NCBI GenBank assembly: GCA_963825635.1
Contig: CAWGTU010000004.1
Coordinates: 67,362-131,361, forward strand
Reading direction: 5' to 3'
DNA: 64,000 nt
Origin: an uncultured Actinomycetes bacterium
GTDB lineage: Bacteria > Actinomycetota > UBA4738 > HRBIN12
The notes under the pieces were generated by a model. It was not told where the DNA came from. It ran no database searches and was given only the letters and a program-made list of their open reading frames with translations. Each line of letters opens with the position of its first letter. Positions within the stretch are counted from its first letter, which is position 1. Both the position numbers and the translations under genes were made by a program. Of this stretch, positions 16,996-25,940 are shown piece by piece.

Positions 16996-17589
16996 TCACA
17001 TCTCCCGGCGGCCGTCGAGGGCTTGCGAAAGCGTCACCTCGTCGGCGTACTCCAGGTCGCCGCCGACCGGCAGGCCACTCGCGAGTCGCGTGACTCGAAC
17101 ACCGATCGGCTTCAACAGCGCCGCGACGTACATCGCCGTCGCGTTGCCCTCGAGGTTGGGGTTCGTCGCGAGGATCACCTCGGTCACGTGGTCGCGCTCC
17201 ACGCGGTCGAGCAGCTCCTGCACGCGCAGGTCGTCGGGGCCGACGCCGTCGAGCGGGCTGATCGCACCGCCCAGGATGTGGAAGCGGCCCTTGATCAGCG
17301 CCGCCTTCTCGATCGTGGCGGCGTCCTTGGGCTCCTCGACCACACAGAGCAGCGTGCGGTCGCGGGATTCGTCGCGGCAGATGCGGCAGAGATCGCCCTC
17401 GGCGACGTTGCCGCACTCCCTACAGAACGCGATGCGATCTTTCGCCTGCACGATCGCTGCGGCGAGACGTTTCGCGTCGGCGGGGTCGGCCTTCACGAGC
17501 CAGAACGCGAGCCGCTGCGCGGACTTCGGCCCCACGCCGGGAAGCCTGGCCAGCTCGTCGATCAACTCTTGGATCGGGCCCTCGTACAC
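16996..17589 (-). CDS. recR: Recombination protein RecR
   Basis: [29 protein letters not shown], a C4 zinc finger (CRECGN...CRIC) and a Toprim domain. Confidence 0.95.
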   Translation of the reverse strand: MYEGPIQELIDELARLPGVGPKSAQRLAFWLVKADPADAKRLAAAIVQAKDRIAFCRECGNVAEGDLCRICRDESRDRTLLCVVEEPKDAATIEKAALIKGRFHILGGAISPLDGVGPDDLRVQELLDRVERDHVTEVILATNPNLEGNATAMYVAALLKPIGVRVTRLASGLPVGGDLEYADEVTLSQALDGRREM

Positions 17590-17591
17590 GA

Positions 17592-19410
17592 CTACTCCGC
17601 CGGTTCCGTCTCGGCCGCGACCTGGGCGCCGAGCATCTCCTGCACCCGCCTGAGCGCCTCGGCCTCGTCGACCACCTCGTCCTCCTCGACGATCTCGACC
17701 GCGGCCGGCCCGGCGGCGTCACGGACCTCTCGCACGACGCACACGATGTCGGGTCTGACGCCGAACAGGTCGCCGAGCGCCAGCCTGCAGCTCCGGCTTC
17801 TTCCCCTCGACCTTCTGGGGGCCGACCTTGCGGTCGGGTGGGAACGCGAGCTCGAGCGTCGAGCCGTCGTAGCTCGCCACCGTCGCCGACTCGAGGATCG
17901 CCGCGAGGATCATCTGTCGGTTCGCGGAGAGGTGCTCGAGCAGGGACTGCCAGGAACGTCGCAGGAGCGCGACGTCGACGCTGCCGGCGTCGGCCGCGTG
18001 CGGTACCGGCATCTGGATCGTCGGTTCGTCAGGCCCTGCACCGTCGTCGACGGCGGTCGTCGAGGAACCATCGGGGACCGACGGCTCGGCGATCGCCCGG
18101 TCGCCATCCTCCGAGGAACCGTTCGCCTCGGCGACCGCCGCGGCGGCCGGGGGATCGACGGGGGCGATCGGCTCGACGTCATCGGCAGGTCCCCGAGGTG
18201 TCGGCGCAAGAGCGACGTCGGCCGCGGTGGGCACGACGGCCCCCGGGTCGAGGTGGGCGAGACGCTCGAGGCGCTCGAGACGCGTGAGGATCGCCGAAGG
18301 ATCGTCGTCGGTCTCGGGCATCGTCGAGCGCACGAGCGCGAGTTCGAGGGACAGTCGCGGGGAGGTCGTCCACCGCATGTCGTTCTGGGCCGCCAACAGC
18401 AGGGCCAGCACCCTGGCGAGCTCGGCCGGTGAGAACTTCTCGGCCTGGATGCGCAGCGTCTCGTAGGCGTCATCGGGCACATCGACGAGGTCGGTCTGGC
18501 CGGGGGCTGTCTTCACCAGGAGAAGGTTGCGGAAGTGCGTGAGGGCTTCGGCGGTGACGTTGCGCAGGTCCTGACCGTCCTGCACGAGACGCCCGACGAT
18601 CTCGAAGACTCCCTTGGCGTCGCCGATGGCCACGGCGTCGGCCAGCTCGTGCTGCACCTCGCCACGAGGGGCACCGAGGAGCGTGCGCACCACGTCGTCG
18701 TCGATCGTGGAGCCCCCGAGGACGCTGGCCTGATCGAGCATCGAGAGCGCGTCCCTGGACGAACCCTGCGCCTGTTGCGCGATGGCGTGGGCGGCGGAGG
18801 GGGTGAGCGTCGCGCCCTCCTGCGAGGCGATGGAGATCAGCTGGCCCGACAGGGTCTCGAGCGTGAATCGACGGAAGTCGAACCGCTGGCACCGCCCGAC
18901 GATCGTGGCCGGCATCTTGTGCGGCTCGGTGGTCGCGAGGACGAAGCGGACGCCCGTCGGCGGTTCCTCGAAGACCTTCAGCAGGGCGTCGAAGGCCTCA
19001 CGAGACAGGCGTTGGGCCTCGTCGATGATGTAGACCTTCTCGCGACCCTGCACCGGCGCCGTGGGCGCCTTCTCACGCAGCTCGCGGGCGTCCTCGACCC
19101 CCCCGTGGCTCGCCGCGTCGATCTCGACGACATCGAGATGAGTGCCGTCGCGCACGGCGACGCACTGCGAGCACGTGCCGCACGGCTCGGCCGTCGGTCC
19201 CTGCTCGCAGTTGACCATCTTGGCGAGGATGCGAGCGGTCGAGGTCTTGCCCGTGCCTCGCGGCCCGCAGAACAGGAACGCGTGGTGCAGTCGGCCCTCA
19301 CGGATCGCGCCGGTGAGCGCGCGCACGACGTGATCCTGCCCGAGCACCTCGGCGGGCGTCTGCGGTCGGTAGCGCCGGTACAGTGCCTGGTGCTGCGTCT
19401 CGTCCGCCAC
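17592..19410 (-). CDS. dnaX: DNA polymerase III subunit gamma/tau with an apparent +1 frameshift near 17781
   Basis: GTG at 19410 follows AGGAGG. YRRYRP...[18 protein letters not shown] is the Walker A region. The 0 frame stops at 17719 after an Arg-rich tail. The conserved tail [13 protein letters not shown]...[15 protein letters not shown] is read in the +1 frame from 17780 to the TAG at 17592. Confidence 0.85.
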
Positions 19411-19471
19411 GTGCCTCCTACCGCCTACAACGCCGTTCGCCCAGTTCACTTCGCCCCGCACGGGGGAGAAA

Positions 19472-19746
19472 GGTGGCCGTGCACCCGCCTTCGACCACGG
19501 ATGACTCGGTCGCTACCTGGAACGGCAGCTCCAGCCAGGCATCCCTGCGGCACCCACCGGCTTCCGCTTACGGCTGCTTCCTTCCGGACCTGACCGGGTT
19601 CGCGGGCCGATGTCGCGCAGGACCCGACCTTCAACGCTCCGTTCCGAGGGCTGCCCCGGACCTTCCGGGCCTCGGGCGGGGATTCAGCCCCGCTGAAGCG
19701 GATCGCGGGTACAGGGCACCGCTAGCTCCCCGCCTAGCACGGCCAC
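19472..19746 (-). ncRNA. ffs: Signal recognition particle RNA, large (Bacillus-type) form with an Alu domain
   Basis: Reverse strand carries the domain IV core GGUCAGGUCCGGAAGGAAGCAGCC. The 5' end GUGGCCGUGCUAGGCGGGGAGCUAGCGGUGCCCUGUACC resembles the Alu domain of large bacterial SRP RNAs. The 5' GUGGCCGUGC pairs with the 3' GCACGGCCAC. TATACT lies just upstream. Ends are approximate. Confidence 0.85.
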
Positions 19747-19803
19747 GGGCAGTATACGCAGGGTGCCGGACACGCCCGGCGGCCGCGGTACCCTGGGAGC
19801 CCC

Positions 19804-21552
19804 ATGCCCCCGTCGGCACCCCTGCGTAGACGTTCGATGTTGGTCACCGTGGTCGTCCTCGTGGCGATCGGCGTGACGGCGCTGGCATGGCCCGGGTCGG
19901 GCGGCTCGAGCCCAGCCGCGCCACCCGCCGCCGACCCCGCGACCGTGACGCCGGCTGCTCCGTCGGACACCGAGACGGTCGCCCCGAACCGCCTCGCGCG
20001 CCAGGTGTGCGAGGCCGTACCGAGAGAGGTGCTGGTCCGCACCGTCAACGGCACGCATCTCGTGCGCAGCGGCGATGTACAGATGATCACCCCGTATCCG
20101 GACTACGTCTCGTCCGGGCTCACGCACGCGACACCGTTCGACCACACGCAGGAGGTGCCGCTGCTGCTGTACGGGCCCGGCATCGTGAAGCCGGGCGTGT
20201 ACGAGGAACCGGCAACCCTCACCGACGTCTCGCAGACCGCGTCGTCGATCCTGGAGTTCGACGGGTTCACGGCGCCCGACGGCCGGGCGCTCGACGAGGC
20301 GCTCCTGCCCCCCGACGAGCGGACGCCACCGAAGCTGCTCGTCACGATGGTCTGGGATTCCGCCGGGGTCGACCTGCTCGAGCGGTGGCCTCGGTCGTGG
20401 CCCTACCTGCGGCAGCTGGCGCGGCAGGGTGCGTGGTTCACCGACGCGCAGCTGAACTCCGCGCCCGCGAACACCCCGCCGAGCCACGCCACGATCGGCA
20501 CCGGCGCCTACCCCCGTCACCACGGCTTCGCCGACGAGTACATCTGGATCAACGGATCCCTGCAGAAGCCGAACGCCGAAGGGCCGACGTTCATGAGGCT
20601 GCCGACCTTGGCCGACGCCTACGACCTCGCGATGGGCAACGAGCCGATCGTGGGCGGGGCCGCGAGCCTCTCGGCCCACCTGATGATGATGGGCCACGGG
20701 CTCGCGTGGCAGGGGGGCGACGACGACATCGCGATCGCTCGCGAGGTGCAGGGGGCGGCGACCGGCGGCGACGACACAGCGAACGAGTGGGGACTCACCG
20801 ACGGCATGCGCCCCTACTACCGGATGCCCGACTGGGTGAACGACGAAACGATCGACGCGTCGTTCGAGCAGGCGAAGGCGGCGCTCGACCAGCGTGACGG
20901 CAGCCTCGACGGCCTCTGGCGCGGCTTCTCGATCGAGCAGATGGCGAACGGCTTCAACACGCCGGCTCGGTCCCCGTACCAGACCACCCTCTTCGAGCAG
21001 CTCGTGGAACGGGAGGGCTTCGGACGCGACCGCGTGCCCGACCTGCTCTACCTGAACTACAAGATCATCGACACGATGGGTCACCAGTTCTCCGCCGACG
21101 GCGAGGAGATGGCCGACGGTCTCGAGGTCCAGGACGGCGAGCTCCGCCGCTTCGTCCGGTTCCTGAACGACGAGGTGGGCCGCGGCGAGTGGGCCATGAT
21201 CCTGACCGCCGACCACGGTATGCAGCGCGACCCCGCGGCGCTCGGTGCGTTCCTGATCGACATCGACCGGCTGAGCGCAGCGGTCGAGTCCGCGTTCGGC
21301 GGTACCCCCGGCCGGCCCGTGATCCTGAAGGCGCGTCCGACCCAGATGTGGCTCGACGAGAAGCTGCTCGAGCGCAAGGGCTACACGGTGGAACAGGTCG
21401 CCGAGTTCCTCGCCGGCCTCACGCAGACCGATGTCGCGACGACGGCGGGTACCCGGCCCGGCAGGGCGAACGATCCGGCGTTCCAGGCGGTCTTCCCGAC
21501 CTCGACGATCGAACAGCTGCCCTGCCTGCCCGCGTCGATGCGCACCGAGTAG
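19804..21552 (+). CDS. Alkaline phosphatase superfamily protein (nucleotide pyrophosphatase/phosphodiesterase-like), membrane-anchored
   Basis: 582 aa with an N-terminal TM helix. NTPPSHATIGTGAYPRHHG and DTMGHQF...LTADHGM are metal and nucleophile motifs of the family. Confidence 0.7.
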   Translation: MPPSAPLRRRSMLVTVVVLVAIGVTALAWPGSGGSSPAAPPAADPATVTPAAPSDTETVAPNRLARQVCEAVPREVLVRTVNGTHLVRSGDVQMITPYPDYVSSGLTHATPFDHTQEVPLLLYGPGIVKPGVYEEPATLTDVSQTASSILEFDGFTAPDGRALDEALLPPDERTPPKLLVTMVWDSAGVDLLERWPRSWPYLRQLARQGAWFTDAQLNSAPANTPPSHATIGTGAYPRHHGFADEYIWINGSLQKPNAEGPTFMRLPTLADAYDLAMGNEPIVGGAASLSAHLMMMGHGLAWQGGDDDIAIAREVQGAATGGDDTANEWGLTDGMRPYYRMPDWVNDETIDASFEQAKAALDQRDGSLDGLWRGFSIEQMANGFNTPARSPYQTTLFEQLVEREGFGRDRVPDLLYLNYKIIDTMGHQFSADGEEMADGLEVQDGELRRFVRFLNDEVGRGEWAMILTADHGMQRDPAALGAFLIDIDRLSAAVESAFGGTPGRPVILKARPTQMWLDEKLLERKGYTVEQVAEFLAGLTQTDVATTAGTRPGRANDPAFQAVFPTSTIEQLPCLPASMRTE

Positions 21553-21579
21553 CGATCGTCGGAACCCGGCAAGCCATCA

Positions 21580-22377
21580 TCACGGGAGCCGGGCGGCCTC
21601 GACGACGCCGTCCACGGCCATCGGTCCTCGGACCCACACTTCCCAATCGGACACCTGTTCGAAGCCGAGCCGCTCGTACATCGATCGCGCCTCGTCACTC
21701 GGATGCAGCCAGGCCAGGTCGGCACCGGGGAACGCCCGCGCCGCCCGCACGGTCATCGCCGATCCGAGCCCTCGCCCCCGCGCCGCCGGAACCACGCCGA
21801 CGCCCATCACGCCGGTCGTGGCGCCGTCGCGATACCCGGCGGCGATGGCGACAGGTTCGGCCCCGTGCCATCCGACGAACATCCGCGCGTCGGGTGCTCC
21901 GAGGGCGCCGGCACCGTAGAAGGCCCGTCCGATCTCGGGGTCGTCACCGAACGCGAGCACGTCCACCTGCACGAGGCCCTCCGCGTCATCGGGGCCGTCG
22001 ACCGCTCGGATCACGACGCCGTCGGGCACCGGCACCTCGGGCAGGGCGCCGAGATCGATCACCAAACCCGGCCGTTCGATGATGCGCGTGAGATCCATCG
22101 AGCGGACCGCCGCATCAACCTTGGCATGGCGCCCCACCTGCAGATCGATGCCGAACTGCAGCCCCCGACGCGCGAACTCTGCCTCGGCGGCCGCGAGCGC
22201 GGCCGCGGCATCACGCGGTGCCGCCTCGACCACGACGGAGCTGAGCGCGGGATCGGAGAGGTTCGCGAGCGCCAGCACGAGCCCGTCGATCTCGAGCACC
22301 TCGGCCCCTACGACGTTCGCCCTGCGAGCGCGCTCGGCACCGACGAGCCCGAGCGCGAGTCGTTCGGCCTGCTGCAC
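21580..22377 (-). CDS. GNAT family N-acetyltransferase
   Basis: C-terminal part of ORF 21580..23004. Contains GVGVVPAARGRGLGSAMT and YERLGF. The GTG start at 22377 is the first plausible in-frame start; the start is uncertain. Confidence 0.65.
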   Translation of the reverse strand: MQQAERLALGLVGAERARRANVVGAEVLEIDGLVLALANLSDPALSSVVVEAAPRDAAAALAAAEAEFARRGLQFGIDLQVGRHAKVDAAVRSMDLTRIIERPGLVIDLGALPEVPVPDGVVIRAVDGPDDAEGLVQVDVLAFGDDPEIGRAFYGAGALGAPDARMFVGWHGAEPVAIAAGYRDGATTGVMGVGVVPAARGRGLGSAMTVRAARAFPGADLAWLHPSDEARSMYERLGFEQVSDWEVWVRGPMAVDGVVEAARLP

Positions 22378-22431
22378 GAAGAGAGTCTGCCAGGGCGGGG
22401 GGCGGGCACGGCTCTCGATAGCATCGTGCCC

Positions 22432-23133
22432 GTGAAGGTCGGTGCGGTGGTCGTGGACTTCGACGGCACCGCCTGCCTGCACGACGTCGCCGAGCACCTG
22501 CTGCGGGCGTTCGCCCCGGGAGACTGGGAGTCGCTCGACGAGGCCTGGGAGCGAGGCGCCCTGGGATCGCAGGAGGTCGTCGCCGCACAGAGCGCGATGC
22601 TCGACGCCGACCGTGACACGCTCCTCGGATTCGTGCGGACGCACTGCGAGATGGACCCCACGTTCGCACCGTTCGTCGGGTGGGCGCACGACCACGGCGT
22701 CGACGTCGCCGTCGCGTCCGACGGCTTCGGGTTCTACATCGAGCCCCTCCTCGCCGCGGCCGGCGTGCCACCGATCCCCGTGATCACGAACGAGCAGGTC
22801 TGGAACGACGACGACCGACCCGGTGGACTGCGCTTCGTCAATCGGCACTCGGAGTGCCTCGGGTGCGGCACGTGCAAGATGCAGGCAGTGCTCTCCCGTC
22901 GCCGGGCCGACGTCGCCGTCGCGTTCGTGGGGGAAGGGTCGAGCGACCGGTACGGAGCGCTCTACGCCGACGTGACGTTCGCGAAGCTCGGGCTCGTCGC
23001 GCACTGCGAGCGCGACGGGGTTCCGTTCGTGCCTTGGACGGACTTCGACGACGTGCGCCGATGGCTCGAGGGCGAGGAGCCGCTCCCCGGACCCGTCGCG
23101 CCCGAGCCGTGCCCCGGCTGGACCGTACCCTGA
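22432..23133 (+). CDS. HAD-IB family phosphatase (MtnX-like)
   Basis: GTG at 22432 gives VKVGAVVVDFDGTAC (DxDGT motif I), then VASDGFGFYIE, FVGEGSSDRY and the Cys cluster CLGCGTCK. TAGCAT lies 7 nt upstream. Confidence 0.75.
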   Translation: MKVGAVVVDFDGTACLHDVAEHLLRAFAPGDWESLDEAWERGALGSQEVVAAQSAMLDADRDTLLGFVRTHCEMDPTFAPFVGWAHDHGVDVAVASDGFGFYIEPLLAAAGVPPIPVITNEQVWNDDDRPGGLRFVNRHSECLGCGTCKMQAVLSRRRADVAVAFVGEGSSDRYGALYADVTFAKLGLVAHCERDGVPFVPWTDFDDVRRWLEGEEPLPGPVAPEPCPGWTVP

Positions 23134-23137
23134 GCAG

Positions 23138-24064
23138 ATGCACCCGATCGACCTCCCCGACGGCTACATCGCACGGCCGTCGACGCCCGACGATCTGGAG
23201 CCGACGTTTCGCCTCGTCGCCGCGGCCGAGGAACACGACGACGGAGCGGCCGAGATCGCCCGCAGCGACATCGCGGCGGAATGGGAGCGCCCCGACTTCG
23301 ACCTCGAGACGATGTCGATCGCCGTGTGGCACGACGACGAGCTCGCGGCCAGCGGCGACGTCTTCATGGGGCGGGCCGAGGTCGACGTCGCCCCTGCCCA
23401 TCGCAGGCGGGGGATCGGATCGGCCCTACTGCCGTGGACATGGGCCGTCGCCCGGGCCGATGGACGGGACTCCGTCGGGCAGACGGTGTCGGACCGGCGC
23501 ACCGACGCCGTGACCCTGTTCAAGGCCCACGGGTACGAGGTCGGGCACACGGCGTGGGCGCTACGCATCGATCTCGACGACGAGCCGCCGCCGGCTCCCG
23601 CCCTGCCGGACGGCCTCACGTTCCGCGACTTCCGCCCCGGGGACGACGATCGAGCCGTCTTCGCGGTGATCGACGTCGCGTTCGACGAGTGGGACGACCG
23701 GGAATCGCACGGGTTCGACAATTGGGCGCCGGCGTTCCTGCACCGAGACGAGGTGCTGCCCGAGCTCGTGCCCCTCGTGGTCGACGGTGACCGCATCGTG
23801 GGCGTCGCGCTCAACTACCACTACGGCCTCGATGACGACGTGGAGGGCTGGACCCAGCAGCTCGCCGTCGATCGCGCGTACCGAGGCCGTGGGCTCGGTC
23901 GTGCCCTGCTGCAGGAGAGCTTCCGGCGGTTCCACGGCGTGGGCTACCGTCGCGCGGGCCTGTCCACGGACTCGCGGACCGGCGCGCTCGGGCTCTACGA
24001 GCACGTCGGCATGCGGGTGCGTTCGAGCTTCACGCGGTACACGAAGCAGCTCGCCGACGACTGA
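23138..24064 (+). CDS. Tandem-GNAT acetyltransferase (MshD-like architecture)
   Basis: 308 aa with two GNAT halves: HRRRGIGSALL and YRGRGLGRALL ... LYEHVGM. Confidence 0.75.
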   Translation: MHPIDLPDGYIARPSTPDDLEPTFRLVAAAEEHDDGAAEIARSDIAAEWERPDFDLETMSIAVWHDDELAASGDVFMGRAEVDVAPAHRRRGIGSALLPWTWAVARADGRDSVGQTVSDRRTDAVTLFKAHGYEVGHTAWALRIDLDDEPPPAPALPDGLTFRDFRPGDDDRAVFAVIDVAFDEWDDRESHGFDNWAPAFLHRDEVLPELVPLVVDGDRIVGVALNYHYGLDDDVEGWTQQLAVDRAYRGRGLGRALLQESFRRFHGVGYRRAGLSTDSRTGALGLYEHVGMRVRSSFTRYTKQLADD

Positions 24065-24085
24065 GCGTGGCGCCATCGTGATCGG

Positions 24086-24172
24086 CGGTGGCCGAGGGAT
24101 TCGAACCCTCGAGGGAGTTGCCCCCCTACACGCTTTCCAGGCGTGTCCCTTCGGCCGCTCGGGCAGGCCACC
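24086..24172 (-). tRNA. tRNA-Ser (anticodon GGA)
   Basis: Hand-folded. Acceptor GGTGGCC/GGCCACC. Anticodon arm CACGC-CTGGAAA-GCGTG. Long variable arm. T arm GAGGG-TTCGAAT-CCCTC. Confidence 0.9.
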
Positions 24173-24181
24173 GCGACGAGT

Positions 24182-24766
24182 CTAGCGAGCGGCTCCCGCG
24201 CGAAGCTCGGCCAGCACGTCGTCGACCTGCCGATCGACGAAGCGAACGAACACCGTGCGTCCCTCGGCGTTGAGGTGGTACCCGTCGTCGGCGAACCACT
24301 CGGGGTGGTCGTGGCTCTTCGACCACCAGCGGATCACGTGCACCTTGTCGTGGGCGTTCGCGCACGCGTTCAGCGTCTGGTTGTTCGGCTCCTCCCACGT
24401 GCGAGGCACCTTGATCGTCACGAGGAACACGCGCCGCTTCGAGCCGGCGTAACCGACGAGCCGATCGCAGTCGGCTGGGTCGATCGTGCCGTTCGTGCCC
24501 AGATGCACGATCACGCGCTTGGGAAGCGTGCCGTCCTCGGCCTTGCGCCGAACGATCCAGACTCCGGCACCGAACTGTCGGCCCACGCTGGCGTTCACCC
24601 CGTATCCGAGCGGTCGCAGCTCTGGCTTGGCCGAGAGCATGATCGAGTCGCCGACGCCGAGCCTTCCTCTGGGGGGCGATCCGGCGATCGCGGGAGTCGA
24701 GGGCAAAGTCGCGAACACGACGGCCATGAGCAACGCCGCAGCGACACGGAGGGGAGAGCGGTCCAT
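24182..24766 (-). CDS. SGNH/GDSL hydrolase family protein, secreted
   Basis: Start at MDRSPLRVAAALLMAVVFATL (signal peptide). Contains GVGDSIML (GDS block I), HLGTNG and DGYHLN (block V). Confidence 0.75.
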   Translation of the reverse strand: MDRSPLRVAAALLMAVVFATLPSTPAIAGSPPRGRLGVGDSIMLSAKPELRPLGYGVNASVGRQFGAGVWIVRRKAEDGTLPKRVIVHLGTNGTIDPADCDRLVGYAGSKRRVFLVTIKVPRTWEEPNNQTLNACANAHDKVHVIRWWSKSHDHPEWFADDGYHLNAEGRTVFVRFVDRQVDDVLAELRAGAAR

Positions 24767-24841
24767 GGTTCCCTTCAACGGTCTGTCGTCACGGTGACTT
24801 GAGTCGTACCCGTACCCGAGCCGGAGGCTGAGTACGCGCAG

Positions 24842-24861
24842 GGCCGGGGCGAGCCCCGGCC
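24842..24861 (-). terminator. GC hairpin downstream of tRNA-Ser(CGA)
   Basis: GGCCGGGG-CGAG-CCCCGGCC, a perfect 8-bp stem with a tetraloop, 13 nt after the tRNA 3' end. Confidence 0.5.
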
Positions 24862-24873
24862 CCACGGTCAGCG

Positions 24874-24963
24874 CGGAGGCGGCGTGATTTGAACACGCGA
24901 GGGGCGGTTTAGACCCCTAACCGCTTTCGAGGCGGTCCCGTTCGTCCGCTCCGGCACGCCTCC
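24874..24963 (-). tRNA. tRNA-Ser (anticodon CGA)
   Basis: Hand-folded. Acceptor GGAGGCG/CGCCTCC. Anticodon arm ACCGC-CTCGAAA-GCGGT. Long variable arm. T arm GCGTG-TTCAAAT-CACGC. Confidence 0.9.
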
Positions 24964-25061
24964 GTCGACGAGTCTAGCAACGCGCGCCACGCGGTTCCGT
25001 GGCATCATCGCGGCGACGGAAGCCGGGCGACGGAGCTCGGCCGGAACGCCGGAGGCGCTGC

Positions 25062-25463
25062 GTGGACGCGAAGGACCTCGAGACCGTGCCCCTGTTCGGG
25101 GGGCTGTCGAAGAAGGAACGTCAGCACGTCGCCGGGTACGCCGACGTCGTGGACCTGCCGGCGGGCTATCACCTATGCGATCAGGGCGCGTTCGCGCACG
25201 AGTTCTTCGTGCTGCTCGACGGGGGTGTCGAGGTCACCCAGGACGGGCGCCACCTCACCGACCTCGGCCCGGGTGACTTCTTCGGCGAGGTGGCGCTGAT
25301 CGAAGGGGACCGACGCACCGCCAGCGTCGTGGCGTCGACGCCGATCACCGCGATCGTGATGCACCAGCGCGACTTCGACGCGATGCAGCGGGAACTCCCG
25401 CATGTGGCCGAGAAGATCCATGAGGCCGTCCACGCGAGGTCCCCGCGTCACCCCGACGACTGA
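25062..25463 (+). CDS. Cyclic nucleotide-binding domain protein (single domain)
   Basis: FFGEVALIEGDRRTASVVA is the cNMP-binding cassette. GTG at 25062 follows GGAGG. The track start at 24999 would add an Arg-rich extension. Confidence 0.8.
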   Translation: MDAKDLETVPLFGGLSKKERQHVAGYADVVDLPAGYHLCDQGAFAHEFFVLLDGGVEVTQDGRHLTDLGPGDFFGEVALIEGDRRTASVVASTPITAIVMHQRDFDAMQRELPHVAEKIHEAVHARSPRHPDD

Positions 25464-25939
25464 TCCGCCGCGTCATCGCGACGCTCCCGGAAGAACGCAC
25501 GTAGCACGTCGCCGCACGCGTCGCCGAGCACGCCCGACGTGAGTTCCACGCGGTGATTCAAGCGCGGGTCGCGCACGAGATCGCCGAGTGAGCCGGCGAA
25601 GCCGGCCTTCGGATCGTCGGTGCCGAACACCACCCGATCGACCCGCGACAGCACGATCGCGCCGGCACACATCGCGCACGGCTCGAGCGTCACCACGAGC
25701 GTGCAACCATCGAGCCGCCACGATCCGGTGCGGCGAGCGGCTTCGCGCAACGCCAGGATCTCCGCGTGCGCGGTCGGGTCGCGCAGCCGCTCCCTCGCGT
25801 TGCCCGCAGCCGCGACCACGGCTCCCCGGCGCAGGACGACAGCGCCGACGGGGACGTCCCCCGACCCGACGCACGACCGCGCCTCGTCGAGCGCCAGCCG
25901 CATCGCGGCCTCATCGTCGAGGGTACTACTCTGTTTCAT
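25448..25939 (-). CDS. tadA: tRNA adenosine(34) deaminase
   Basis: HAEILALREA ... TLEPCAMCAGAI is the CDA zinc motif (H(C)AE ... PCxxC). Start at MKQSS, 1 nt after the upstream stop. Confidence 0.9.
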   Translation of the reverse strand: MKQSSTLDDEAAMRLALDEARSCVGSGDVPVGAVVLRRGAVVAAAGNARERLRDPTAHAEILALREAARRTGSWRLDGCTLVVTLEPCAMCAGAIVLSRVDRVVFGTDDPKAGFAGSLGDLVRDPRLNHRVELTSGVLGDACGDVLRAFFRERRDDAADQSSG

Positions 25940-25940
25940 A

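Noticed and set aside
17719-17800. Programmed ribosomal frameshifting or transcriptional slippage in dnaX
   Set aside because: There is no X XXY YYZ slippery heptamer, homopolymer run or obvious downstream structure at the junction (CTGCAGGCTGGCGCTC). The required shift is +1, and it completes the protein rather than truncating it. A 1-nt indel is the simpler explanation. The observation is kept as a finding only for verification.
19640-19745. A possible tRNA or tRNA-like element (GCGGGG-CTGAATC-CCCGC hairpin) upstream of the SRP S domain
   Set aside because: The loop does not fit the T-loop consensus and no cloverleaf forms. The region matches the Alu domain and helix 5 of a large SRP RNA instead.
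19684-21216. 510-aa minus-strand ORF opposite the alkaline-phosphatase-family gene. Similar long ORFs are 1642-3591 (+), 26030-27730 (-), 33436-35517 (+), 55905-57956 (-), 60032-61639 (-), 25620-26303 (+) and 42168-43616 (+).
   Set aside because: All are Arg/Pro/His/Gly-rich and lack motifs. Each lies antisense to, or out of frame with, a gene that has strong family evidence.
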